Source: Alphaproteobacteria bacterium
GTDB lineage: Bacteria > Pseudomonadota > Alphaproteobacteria > Caedimonadales > UBA9215
Length of the DNA: 64,000 nucleotides
Direction of reading: 5' to 3'
NCBI GenBank assembly: GCA_024281375.1
Contig: JAJSAD010000003.1
Location: forward strand, 5,514 to 69,513
Below the pieces are notes generated by a model, which did not search any database, was not told the origin of the DNA, and was given only the letters and a program-made list of their open reading frames with translations. Made by a program: the position numbers and the translations under genes. This document shows, piece by piece, positions 38,450 to 47,889 of the stretch; positions within the stretch are counted from its first letter, which is position 1; every line of letters begins with the position of its first letter.

Positions 38450-39862
38450 TTAAGAAGACCTCAATGATTTCATAAGGTCGTCCTCAAACTTAAAGGTCCT
38501 GGCAATTTCTACAAAGGAATCAGGCTTGTTCAGATTTTTAAATTCTCCTTGAATAATGCCCTCTTCGTCATCATGAGTATAGTGGAAACGGAAGATATCT
38601 TGGTGTTGAATCACACCTTTTTTCACACCGTTGATTTCCGTTATTTGTGTCAGGCGACGACGACCATCTCGCATACGATCCACATGGACAATTAAGTTAA
38701 TAGAATCTCCAATATAACTTTTTAAAACTTGAGAAGGAAAGTCATGCCCTGTCATAAGTAACATATTTTCAAGGCGTGAGAGGGCCTCAACAGAACTGTT
38801 AGCATGAACCGTTGACATAGAACCATCGTGCCCCGTGTTCATGGCTTGAAGCATATCAAAAGCCTCAGCCCCCCGGCACTCTCCAACGATGATACGGTCA
38901 GGGCGCATCCGTAAAGCATTTTTTAAAAGGTCGGCAATTTTGATGGTTCCTTCTCCCTCAACATTGGGGGGCCTTGATTCCAAACGCACCACATGGGGCT
39001 GGGCCAGTTGAAGTTCTGCAGAATCTTCAAGGGTAACAATGCGTTCATTGGGACTAATTAATTGAGACAGAGCATTTAAAAGGGTTGTTTTACCAGCACC
39101 TGTTCCCCCTGAAACAATAATATTCAAACGACATTGTGCGGCAACCTTTAAAAAATCAGCCATATGTTGCGAGAGACTGCCTGTTTTGACCATTTGATCG
39201 AGTGTAATTGTTTTATTAGAAAATTTACGAATAGAGATAGAAATGCCATCGAGGGCAACGGGTGGAATAATAATATTCACTCGGCTTCCATCTGCTAAAC
39301 GTGCGTCAACCATTGGACTAGATTCATCAATACGTCGACCAATCATGTTGGCAATGCGTTGGGAAATTTGCATAACATGACGAGGACTTCGAAACACGAC
39401 ATCCGTTAAATAGAGTTTGCCTTGGCGTTCGACAAAAATCGTATTGTAGGCATTAACCATAATATCATTGATTAAAGGGTCAGCTAGTAAAATCTCAAGG
39501 GGGCCTAACCCGATCATGTCATTAATAATATCTTCAGCGATTTGTTGCTGTTCGTGATAGGTGATTCGCGCTTGATTCTCTTCAGTATACTCAGTGATAA
39601 AGCGCTCAATTTCTTGATGGAGCTCATCTTTTTTCATCTTCGAAACTGTTGCTAAATCAATTTCATTGATTAATCGATCAAAAATTTGGTTTCGAAAGGA
39701 AGAAACAGCCTCAGAGAAATGAACGCTTTTTGTTTCAAGTTTTGCAAGGTCAAAGGGATTCAAATCCGTTGAATTTTTTTCAACGATCCTAACATCTTCA
39801 CTATCTTTTTCTTGAAAAGAATCCCCGGGGGGGGCAGAAGGTTTTTGACCAAAAGGAGGCAT
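38450..39862 (-). CDS. cpaF: Tad pilus secretion ATPase CpaF/TadA
   Basis: Walker A 'SGGTGAGKTTLLNAL', 'IVTLEDSAEL' and 'RPDRIIVGECRGAEAFDMLQAMNTGHDGS'. Confidence 0.95.
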   Translation of the reverse strand: MPPFGQKPSAPPGDSFQEKDSEDVRIVEKNSTDLNPFDLAKLETKSVHFSEAVSSFRNQIFDRLINEIDLATVSKMKKDELHQEIERFITEYTEENQARITYHEQQQIAEDIINDMIGLGPLEILLADPLINDIMVNAYNTIFVERQGKLYLTDVVFRSPRHVMQISQRIANMIGRRIDESSPMVDARLADGSRVNIIIPPVALDGISISIRKFSNKTITLDQMVKTGSLSQHMADFLKVAAQCRLNIIVSGGTGAGKTTLLNALSQLISPNERIVTLEDSAELQLAQPHVVRLESRPPNVEGEGTIKIADLLKNALRMRPDRIIVGECRGAEAFDMLQAMNTGHDGSMSTVHANSSVEALSRLENMLLMTGHDFPSQVLKSYIGDSINLIVHVDRMRDGRRRLTQITEINGVKKGVIQHQDIFRFHYTHDDEEGIIQGEFKNLNKPDSFVEIARTFKFEDDLMKSLRSS

Positions 39863-39886
39863 TTTTCTTTTTTTCTCCCTAACTAT

Positions 39887-41095
39887 TTAGGCTGTAAATA
39901 GGTTTTTTAAAAATGATTTTTCTTTATGTTCTAAGGGTTTTCCAACAAGGTGAGCGGCAAATTCTTTTATTTCAAGAGAGAGCTGACTACTTTCCTTTAT
40001 AAGAGGTGAGGCATTATTTAAACATTCAAGGGGTATTTTTCTATCAAAGCGGGTCATGAAAGTAATAGGATGGTCAATGGCCACCTCAAAATCACTCTGA
40101 GAAATTTCACCTTCATTATACAAACCGACTTTGTTTGCAAGAATAAGTATATTTTGTTCAATACTGGCTCTTTCTTGAAAATAACGAATAAGCCTCGATG
40201 TTTCCCGAACAGATGAAAATGTTAAATCACATACCAAAACGATGGTATCAGAGAATTTAAACACAAGTTCTTTAAAGGAAACAGGTGCGCCATGGGAACA
40301 ATCCACAAGAGTGTAATTATAATTCTGTGCCAAAAGACTTAATATAATTTTCATACCAGCAGCACATTGATTATAAGGTGTTAAAAGTTCTGTTTCGGAA
40401 CTGAGAATATCCAAACGATTTCCGTAGGGCACAATCATCTTATCAAGAAGAGTTTGGTCAATCTGATTGGATCGTTTCAATAAATCGATCAGCCCGGCAT
40501 TAATGGGGATATCTAAAGCGTGGGCAAGGGGGGCCGATGTCAAATTAAAATCCACAAGACTCATATGCTTATTATGATCTTCTGCCATAGAAATAGCACA
40601 ATTGGCTGTCAGCATTGATGTACCAACACCTCCACAGACCCCTAAAAACGAAATAATATGACCGCTATAAGAAAAGCCAGAGGTCTCAGAAACATCCGTG
40701 CCTTTTTTCAAAACATCCTTTAAGCGATTCAAGACTAAACTGGTATTAAGGGGCTTTACAAGATAATCACTAACCCCCAAAGCCAATAATTGCCTAAAAA
40801 TACTGACATCATTATCCTTGCCAAGGGCAATGACGTGAATGCTCGGTTCACATACACCTGATATTTTTTCCATTTCTGTAATGGGGAGAGCCGCTTCTGA
40901 GAGGTCAACAATGAGAAGGCTCGGCGAATCATTTTTTTTTAAATAATTAAAGGCAAATTTTGAATTTCCCCGTAAAATTTTTGCCGCAATACCAAGTTCC
41001 TTGAAAGGAATTTCTTTTAGAACGGCTTCAGTCTCACTATCTGTCACAAGAGCAAGCAATGTCATTTCAGAAGTATAAGATGTTTTCTTTTCCAT
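39887..41095 (-). CDS. cpaE: CpaE/TadZ: receiver-like N-domain plus atypical ParA/MinD ATPase
   Basis: The N-terminal receiver-like fold is followed by 'ISFLGVCGGVGTSMLTAN', a deviant Walker A. Its position is between cpaD and cpaF. Confidence 0.85.
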   Translation of the reverse strand: MEKKTSYTSEMTLLALVTDSETEAVLKEIPFKELGIAAKILRGNSKFAFNYLKKNDSPSLLIVDLSEAALPITEMEKISGVCEPSIHVIALGKDNDVSIFRQLLALGVSDYLVKPLNTSLVLNRLKDVLKKGTDVSETSGFSYSGHIISFLGVCGGVGTSMLTANCAISMAEDHNKHMSLVDFNLTSAPLAHALDIPINAGLIDLLKRSNQIDQTLLDKMIVPYGNRLDILSSETELLTPYNQCAAGMKIILSLLAQNYNYTLVDCSHGAPVSFKELVFKFSDTIVLVCDLTFSSVRETSRLIRYFQERASIEQNILILANKVGLYNEGEISQSDFEVAIDHPITFMTRFDRKIPLECLNNASPLIKESSQLSLEIKEFAAHLVGKPLEHKEKSFLKNLFTA

Positions 41096-41110
41096 ATTTA
41101 CCCAATATTC

Positions 41111-41821
41111 TTATTCGGATGAAGCACCAAGGTTCGCAAGATCTTGGATGCTCCCCGCATCAAAGCCTGACTCTGATTCATTGTCTGTTGTGGCACGAGC
41201 ACGATATTTTTCAATCACAGCCGCATTGTAAGGACCGTCAGGGTTTGCAAGGGGTTGGGCTTCATAAAGGTCCCGTGGCTCTGCCAGCATTTGTGCAAAA
41301 TTTCGTTCTGTCACACAACCAAATTGAGATTCTCCCTGCGGCAAGGTCTTCTCTCCCATGATATCCCATCCCGGACACTGTGGCAAACTCACCTCATATT
41401 GATCAATAACAACAGTGATCATGTTTTTATTTTTCCGTGATATTGTGGCTACCTTGTGAGGCGCTAAATAGGTTACCCTCACACGATGGGGCTCAATGCC
41501 ATAAAGCCTAAAATGTCTCGAACAGTGACGAATTCGTTCCGTTTGTAAAGAGTCATGGGCCCGCGTTTTGGGTACATTCATCAGCAAACGAGCATAAACA
41601 GGTGTGTCTATGGTTGCCCTTGATATTAAGTTTCGAAGAACTTTATGTTGTGCTGAATTCATATGGGTTTGAGACGATGTGAAGTAGAAATTTTCAAAAT
41701 GAGAGTAGCGCTCGACCTTTGTTTCCCAAGGCTTTCTTTCAAGTTCTTTTCCATCATGCTGACAGGCAGAGACAAATAAGAACGATAAAACACAAAGAGC
41801 AATTCTTTTAAAGGTATCCAT
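41111..41821 (-). CDS. cpaD: Pilus assembly lipoprotein CpaD
   Basis: Lipobox 'FVSAC' and the CpaD pattern 'CPGWD....FGCVTERNFAQMLAEPRDL...YR'. Confidence 0.8.
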   Translation of the reverse strand: MDTFKRIALCVLSFLFVSACQHDGKELERKPWETKVERYSHFENFYFTSSQTHMNSAQHKVLRNLISRATIDTPVYARLLMNVPKTRAHDSLQTERIRHCSRHFRLYGIEPHRVRVTYLAPHKVATISRKNKNMITVVIDQYEVSLPQCPGWDIMGEKTLPQGESQFGCVTERNFAQMLAEPRDLYEAQPLANPDGPYNAAVIEKYRARATTDNESESGFDAGSIQDLANLGASSE

Positions 41822-41833
41822 TAGTCAACTATC

Positions 41834-43201
41834 CTATTCTGTATGAAAACCAGCAACGGTCTGAAGACGCGCTGTCGTTTTAGTGTTTAAACGTTTTGAG
41901 AACAACATTTCCATTGTCGAGCTATGCTGTATACCCGTTGTCGGTATCTCTAGATTTTTGGGCATCGTTGGATTGACAATATAAGGTGTGACAATAATAA
42001 CGAGCTCTGTTTCATTGCGAATAAATTCCGTTGATCTAAATAACGCCCCCAAAATGGGGATACTGGCAAGACCTGGAAATTCTTTAATAGTGTTTGCAAT
42101 ATTATGAGACAAAAGACCTGCGATTGCAAAACTCTGACCACTCGACAGCTCGACAGATGTTTCAGCCCTGCGTGTTTTGATGGCAGGGATTGTCAGACTT
42201 TGCCCGCCAATATTTACAATAGAAGCTTTTGATTCATCAAGCTCACTCACTTCTGGGCTCACTCTGAAATTAATGCGATCAGGTCCTATAACTCGTGGTG
42301 TAAACTCGAGCCCAATACCAAAGGGCTTGAATTCAATGGTAATATTAAGATTGTTTTGGGGAACGGTAAAAGGAAATTCTCCTCCCACCAAAAAGCTAGC
42401 CTTCTCGCCAGATACAGCCACCAAATTAGGCTCCGCTAAAATGGTTGCTAAGTTCTCTTTATCTAACATATCCAGCAACACTGCATAATCACTGACCCTA
42501 TCCGTAAAACGAAAACCTCCGCTCCCTGAGGGTGCATTTGTTAAGGAAGATGGTCGACTAAAAAGAGCCCCTGCAAGAGGCTCCCGGCCCGTTAAAGCCC
42601 CATAGGAAAAGTGCTCATGAGCATTGGTTACAGCAAGACCCCAATTTGGATCTATTTTCGTTAGAACACTTCGACTAACCTCAGCGATCTTAACTTTTAA
42701 ATACACTTGTGTGGACGTTGATAAGGTGAGATTGTTAACAACAACTTCTTCTTTTCCAAGGAATTGAGCCGTTACATTTTCAGCATCTTTTAAAATTTTT
42801 GAGGTAGATACTGTTCCCAATAAAACAATCCCATTGGGAGAAGAAACTGTTTGGATGTCTTCATGGGGAAAAGCCCGCCTTAACGTTGCATTTAATTGTG
42901 CAAGACTCTGAGTGACTTCCAAAGTAATTTCTGTATTTTTTCCATCTGCCGTTGTGACAAAAACAGATGTTGTTCCAGCCGACTTACCATACACATAAAT
43001 ACCATATGGCTGATTGGGTTGCACATCAGCAATAGAAGGATTGGCCACGAAAACGTCAGAAATACCTCCTGGCAGGTTAATAAGTTGTGCCTTGTTGATT
43101 TCGACATGGACAAGTTGCGTGGCATTAAGAGAAAAACCTAACAAGCTTCCCACAACAAAAAAGAGGAACGCTTTAAAATAAAAATTTTGAATCTTTGGCA
43201 C
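41834..43201 (-). CDS. cpaC: Tad pilus secretin CpaC/RcpA
   Basis: Signal peptide, BON-like N-domain, and secretin C-domain 'FAIAGLL....FPGLASIPILGALFRS......ETELVIIVTPYIV'. Confidence 0.93.
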   Translation of the reverse strand: MPKIQNFYFKAFLFFVVGSLLGFSLNATQLVHVEINKAQLINLPGGISDVFVANPSIADVQPNQPYGIYVYGKSAGTTSVFVTTADGKNTEITLEVTQSLAQLNATLRRAFPHEDIQTVSSPNGIVLLGTVSTSKILKDAENVTAQFLGKEEVVVNNLTLSTSTQVYLKVKIAEVSRSVLTKIDPNWGLAVTNAHEHFSYGALTGREPLAGALFSRPSSLTNAPSGSGGFRFTDRVSDYAVLLDMLDKENLATILAEPNLVAVSGEKASFLVGGEFPFTVPQNNLNITIEFKPFGIGLEFTPRVIGPDRINFRVSPEVSELDESKASIVNIGGQSLTIPAIKTRRAETSVELSSGQSFAIAGLLSHNIANTIKEFPGLASIPILGALFRSTEFIRNETELVIIVTPYIVNPTMPKNLEIPTTGIQHSSTMEMLFSKRLNTKTTARLQTVAGFHTE

Positions 43202-43229
43202 TATCTTTTTCCCTGTTTATTTCATTTGA

Positions 43230-43979
43230 TTAATCAAAATTGCCACGATTAACTTTGATTTTTCTAGATTTTACAAGTTTTTTGACACCACTTTTCGCCT
43301 CTAATTTAGGCGTATAGGCACTATTATAGCTAATCACAATGCCGCCATGGGCAATAGAAAGTGCTAAGGCTTCGGCTTGTTCTGTTGTGACCTCTAAGGT
43401 AATGTTCTTTGCAATGGTGTTTGGTGTGTCACCGTCAGGAATAAAAAAATTATCATCCACAGCAATGACTTTAATGGCATTTAAAATCGTATCTACGGAT
43501 TGGGTTTGTCCTTTTCGTTGGGGAAGAATAATATCGATATAATCACTGGGTGTTACATGAACACCCGCATTGGCAACTTTTTTCAACGGGACAGACACAG
43601 CTTTCATATTCGGGCTGATAAAAGCTGATAAGATGCTTTTTGTATCTCCTCCTACCAAGTCCGCTTTTTTGAGGGGCTCTCCCTCTAAAATTTCGTAACG
43701 CACGACCATCCCGTGAATGCCTTTCAGTGCTTTAACTTCCTGCTCAGTATAGTAGTCATCTTGTATAGAGCCGTCGGGCCATCCAACCCATTTAAACCTA
43801 TCAATATTGATACGTTCTCCTGGCTTTAAATCAAACTTTGCGACAAGAATTTTGGTGAGGTCTTTATCTTTATCCTCAGAAATGACAACAGGCCTGCTTT
43901 GCAAAAAGTACACAACCCCTGCGACACCAAGTGCCAAAATAAAGGCAATAAACATATTTGAAAAACGACTTGTTTTCAT
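43230..43979 (-). CDS. cpaB: Flp pilus assembly protein CpaB/RcpC
   Basis: An N-terminal TM segment, a SAF-like domain ('LVAKFDLKPGERI') and an RcpC-like C-terminus. Confidence 0.85.
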   Translation of the reverse strand: MKTSRFSNMFIAFILALGVAGVVYFLQSRPVVISEDKDKDLTKILVAKFDLKPGERINIDRFKWVGWPDGSIQDDYYTEQEVKALKGIHGMVVRYEILEGEPLKKADLVGGDTKSILSAFISPNMKAVSVPLKKVANAGVHVTPSDYIDIILPQRKGQTQSVDTILNAIKVIAVDDNFFIPDGDTPNTIAKNITLEVTTEQAEALALSIAHGGIVISYNSAYTPKLEAKSGVKKLVKSRKIKVNRGNFD

Positions 43980-44035
43980 AAAAAATCCGGGTTAATAATC
44001 TAATAGTTTAAGCTATATAAAATTTTAACATATTT

Positions 44036-44569
44036 TTAATAAAAGTTTAACATCAAAAGAACACCGGCAAAAACAGCAACTCCATAAGGAATCGTAATCT
44101 TTGATAAACTTTTTAAGTGTCTTGTTGGTGTTTTTTTCTTTTCAGTCAAATAGCCCTCTAGAAATTTAAGTGCCGACAGCTTTTTTATTAAAAAAAAGCG
44201 TATTCTTTCAATAAAGGGATCGGCTTTAAGGTATATCAAACCCAAGATACCTCCAGCTAATGCCATAAAAATAAAAAAGAGGAGAGCGTTGTAATCCACT
44301 ACCCATAAAGAAACAACAGCAATAAATTTTGCATCTCCAGCCCCCAACATTTTTATAGCATAAAGAACAAAACAAACAAAAAAGGTCACACCAAAAACCA
44401 TCAAAGGTGTTTTCATAACGCTCCAGTCAAAACCGGATTCCAAAAGTACTTTTGTGAAAAAGAGGGCAAACAAAAAAACGATAACTTCATTGGGAATTTT
44501 ATAAATAAGAAAATCGACGAGGGCCACAAAGGCGCAAACAACAAGGAAAACAATGAAAAAAAGATCCAT
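44036..44569 (-). CDS. cpaA: Prepilin peptidase CpaA/TadV (A24 family)
   Basis: 177 aa and polytopic. It has 'VDFLIYKIPN' (first Asp) and 'LGAGDAKF' (GxGD). Confidence 0.85.
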   Translation of the reverse strand: MDLFFIVFLVVCAFVALVDFLIYKIPNEVIVFLFALFFTKVLLESGFDWSVMKTPLMVFGVTFFVCFVLYAIKMLGAGDAKFIAVVSLWVVDYNALLFFIFMALAGGILGLIYLKADPFIERIRFFLIKKLSALKFLEGYLTEKKKTPTRHLKSLSKITIPYGVAVFAGVLLMLNFY

Positions 44570-44644
44570 ATGTTAGAATACCATTTTTTTATTTTGTATT
44601 TGTGTTAAATTTTAACTCAGATAAACCTATTTAACAAATGATTA

Positions 44645-45709
44645 ATGGTGGCCAAAATCAATTATTTATTACCTTTTTCCCTCTGTATTTTGCTTTTAAG
44701 CCAAACAAGTTGCACCCGTACCGATAACTCTAAATCTATCAATTCTCTTTTAAATATTGCAGACCATATGCGCGCCCAAGGTAATGAAAAAACATCTAGC
44801 AGTTTTTATCAACAGGTCTTAGACAAAGATCCAAAAAACCTAAAAGCTCATATTGGCATAGGAAAAATGCTTCGCGGTAATAAAGAATATGATGCGGCCC
44901 TTAAACAATTTCAAATAGCTTTGATGCATCATCCTGATACTCAAGATGTTCAGGCTGAAATTGTTAAAACATATATCATGATGAACCAAGGAAAAAGTGC
45001 CGCCCTTGAGACTCGTTCCTTAACACAAAAAGACCCTCAAAACCCTTCTTTCCATAACCTTTTTGGAATTTCCTTAGATCTTCAGGGCAAACACCTTGAG
45101 GCTCAAAAGTTCTACCGCCAATCTTTAAAATTACAGACTGATCAACCCCGTGTCCAATCAAACCTAGGTCTTTCTCTTGCTTTATCGGGAAATTACCAGG
45201 AGGCGATTACGCTCTTGGAGCAAGTGACGCGTCATTCTCTGTCAACACCCAAAGATCGTCACAATCTCGCTATTGCTTATGCTGTATCTGGAGATCTTGA
45301 GAAGGCCGAATCAACTTTTAGAATTGACCTTGATGAAATAAAGGCCCAAGAAAATGTTCGTTATCTTTCAGAGTTAGATGTAAAAAAAGAAGGATTGAAA
45401 AGTTTATCTGGGCTATCAAACAAGTCTCCCTCGAAAAATTTAAATGATCTCTATTTACAGGTGGGCATTTATAAATCTCAAGAAAATTCTTTGAAAATTC
45501 TTAAAAAACTTAAAGGCACTATAAACATAAGTAGTATCCAAGAAAAATTTAAAACCTCAACAGGAAAACAGTATTATCGTGTTCTTGTGGGCTCCTTGGA
45601 TAATCGAGAAAAAGGAACAAAGACTTTAAAAGCTCTTAAATCTCTGGGATTTAAAGATTCTTTCTTTATCACTCGCAAGAAAGTAAAAAAATCCCCTCAT
45701 GATAAATAA
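44645..45709 (+). CDS. TPR-repeat (TadD-like) protein fused to a C-terminal SPOR domain
   Basis: Signal-like 'LLPFSLCILLLSQTSC', then several TPR units ('AHIGIGKMLRGNKEYDAALKQFQIAL' and others). The C-terminus 'LYLQVGIYKSQENSLKILKKLKG...YYRVLVGSLDNREKGTKTLKALKSLGFKDSFFI' matches the SPOR pattern. Confidence 0.75.
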   Translation: MVAKINYLLPFSLCILLLSQTSCTRTDNSKSINSLLNIADHMRAQGNEKTSSSFYQQVLDKDPKNLKAHIGIGKMLRGNKEYDAALKQFQIALMHHPDTQDVQAEIVKTYIMMNQGKSAALETRSLTQKDPQNPSFHNLFGISLDLQGKHLEAQKFYRQSLKLQTDQPRVQSNLGLSLALSGNYQEAITLLEQVTRHSLSTPKDRHNLAIAYAVSGDLEKAESTFRIDLDEIKAQENVRYLSELDVKKEGLKSLSGLSNKSPSKNLNDLYLQVGIYKSQENSLKILKKLKGTINISSIQEKFKTSTGKQYYRVLVGSLDNREKGTKTLKALKSLGFKDSFFITRKKVKKSPHDK

Positions 45710-46265
45710 CTTGAAAATAGCGCTCTTTTCTTTTCTGGGTTTATCGTTGGTGTACGCGGATGAAAGCCTACAGGAAACCTTACAAACCTATAACAATTTT
45801 AGCGAAATTCGCCTGGGCGTTCTTGCCCATGATTTGAAATTTCCTCTTAAGCAAAGCCATGAGCGTGGCGTCAGCTTGAACGGGGAATATATGTTTACAA
45901 GTCCTCAAAATGGCTTTTTTCAAGCTATTTTTTCTCCCCATCCCCATTGTGGTGTTTCCATTAATAGTCGTTCTGGAACAAGTATGGCCTATATTGGGTT
46001 GACGTGGGAAATTCCTTTTCCTGCTCATTGGTTTGGAGATATTATATTGGGAGGGGCTATTCATAATGGACATACAAAGAAAGATACAAAACATCGGAAA
46101 AATTATGGATGTCGTCTTTTGTTTCACTCTGGTCTTGCTCTTGGATATATTTTCCAAGAACATCATACTCTTTCTCTTATGGTAGATCATATTTCGAACG
46201 CAAGAATCTATACCCCTAACCCTGGTTTTACGGACCTTGGTCTGCGTTATGGGTATAGATTTTAA
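45699..46265 (+). CDS. Acyloxyacyl hydrolase / lipid A deacylase (PagL-like) outer-membrane protein
   Basis: Signal peptide, 'EIRLGVLAHD', a His-Ser motif 'DHISNA', and the terminal 'GLRYGYRF'. Confidence 0.7.
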   Translation: MINNLKIALFSFLGLSLVYADESLQETLQTYNNFSEIRLGVLAHDLKFPLKQSHERGVSLNGEYMFTSPQNGFFQAIFSPHPHCGVSINSRSGTSMAYIGLTWEIPFPAHWFGDIILGGAIHNGHTKKDTKHRKNYGCRLLFHSGLALGYIFQEHHTLSLMVDHISNARIYTPNPGFTDLGLRYGYRF

Positions 46266-46269
46266 AGAT

Positions 46270-46998
46270 TTATAAAAGATGTTTAAATTTTTTTGCAGGA
46301 ATTTCTTCAGCCTCAGCAATGTCAAGGTTGCCTAATTCAAAGGGACCGTAGGAAACCCTAACCAAGCGATTAACACGCGCGCCAAGGTGATCCACGATTT
46401 TGCGAATTTCACGATTTTTACCCTCATGGAGTGTCATTTCAATCCATTGGTTGAGGCCTTTTTTTGGGCCAAATTTCCATTGAATAGGGCCGTAATCTAC
46501 GCCGTTAACAGAGATACCCATTGCCAATTTTTTGAGTTCTTTTGAGTCCATTTCTCCATAAACGCGTACGTGATAGGTGCGGGGGATATGACTGCTGGGG
46601 TGCTCGAGCTTCCGAGCGAGCTCTCCATTATTGGTTAACAGGATTAAGCCCTCACTCATCAAATCCAAGCGACCTACGGAAATAATATGCTTGGGTAAAC
46701 CCCGGGGAAGAATGTCAAAGAGGGTCTCTCGACCTTCCGGATCATCGTGGGTCGTGACAATGCCCCGGGGTTTATGAAAGGCCCAAAGCCGTGTTGGCTC
46801 TTGTTGCGGCAGAGTTTTGCCATCAATGTCGATTTTATCCGTGGGGAGAACGGTAGTAGCAGGGGTCTCTAGAACCGTCCCATTTAAAGAAACACGTCCC
46901 TCCTGAATCCAGCGTTCTGCTTCTCGCCTCGAACACACGCCTGCGCGAGCAATGATTTTTGCAATACGTTCTGGTTTTGGGACGTGTTGATTTACCAT
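46270..46998 (-). CDS. rRNA pseudouridine synthase, RsuA/RluB family
   Basis: S4 domain 'RIAKIIARAGVCSRREAERWIQEGRVSLNG' and catalytic 'GRLDLMSEGLILLTN'. Confidence 0.88.
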   Translation of the reverse strand: MVNQHVPKPERIAKIIARAGVCSRREAERWIQEGRVSLNGTVLETPATTVLPTDKIDIDGKTLPQQEPTRLWAFHKPRGIVTTHDDPEGRETLFDILPRGLPKHIISVGRLDLMSEGLILLTNNGELARKLEHPSSHIPRTYHVRVYGEMDSKELKKLAMGISVNGVDYGPIQWKFGPKKGLNQWIEMTLHEGKNREIRKIVDHLGARVNRLVRVSYGPFELGNLDIAEAEEIPAKKFKHLL

Positions 46999-47880
46999 TT
47001 ATGAATGAATAATCGCTTTTGGTTCTGGAGATATCTCTCCTGTAGAAAACTCTTTCATTTCCCCAGCAATATCTAAAATAAGACCACCGTCCTTATTAAT
47101 GGATCTAAAAAGCCCTTCTGTTCTTTTCTCTCCATCATAAATTTCCACCTCTTCCTCTAAATAAAGTAATTTGTTTTTATAGGGAATCCATGGATCATAA
47201 GAACCATTCATAAACTCCCTCAACTTTGGTACTAGATTTTGAGTTAAAATATCTAGGACCGCATCTCTTTCTGGTGTTTCCCCTAATAAATGACGAAGGG
47301 ATGTTGCCGCTTGATCTATACCATTCACAACATCATCAGATAAATCCACATTAATACCAATACCGATTTTCATAATGTTTCCCTTAATGTCAACAATGCT
47401 CCCAGCTATTTTTTGTCCTTCAACCAGCACATTATTAATCCAACGAAGGCCTATCTGTTTCTTATCAACACCAAGGGCCTCTAGAGTATCACAAATAGAA
47501 AGACCAACCACAGCAGGTAAAAGAGAAATGCGTGGCATGATTTTCGGATCAAAAGGCACACAAAATGTTGCAAACAGGTTGCCCTCAGGAGACACCCATT
47601 CTCGTCCCCAATACCCACGCCCTTTTCTTTGAGAGTCTGAGGTAACAACAATCCATTTTGTTTTTGAAACTTCTGATAAGTGATCGTTAGCAGTCGTTTG
47701 GGTAGATTCTATATCTCCATAATGAGAACGTGTCACAGAAATAAGTCTGACTCTTTGAGTGCTTAAGAGCTCAAGTTCCTCATGTTCTATGGGCAGCCCT
47801 GCCCCTGAACCCCATGCAAAAGAGGGATACCAACATAAAAGTAAAGCCCCTAAAATAAAATTTTTCATCATCATAATCAC
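46999..47880 (-). CDS. Biotin-protein-ligase (BirA-like, no HTH) with a signal-peptide-like N-terminus
   Basis: BPL motif 'QRKGRGYWGREWVSPEGNLFATF' and 'KWINNVLVEGQKIAGSIV'. N-terminus 'MKNFILGALLLCWYPSFAWG'. Confidence 0.72.
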   Translation of the reverse strand: MIMMMKNFILGALLLCWYPSFAWGSGAGLPIEHEELELLSTQRVRLISVTRSHYGDIESTQTTANDHLSEVSKTKWIVVTSDSQRKGRGYWGREWVSPEGNLFATFCVPFDPKIMPRISLLPAVVGLSICDTLEALGVDKKQIGLRWINNVLVEGQKIAGSIVDIKGNIMKIGIGINVDLSDDVVNGIDQAATSLRHLLGETPERDAVLDILTQNLVPKLREFMNGSYDPWIPYKNKLLYLEEEVEIYDGEKRTEGLFRSINKDGGLILDIAGEMKEFSTGEISPEPKAIIHS

Positions 47881-47889
47881 ATTCCTTTT

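Noticed and set aside
45780-46325. A 181-aa ORF on the minus strand.
   Set aside because: It is entirely antisense to the well-supported PagL-like gene, and its product has no recognisable features.
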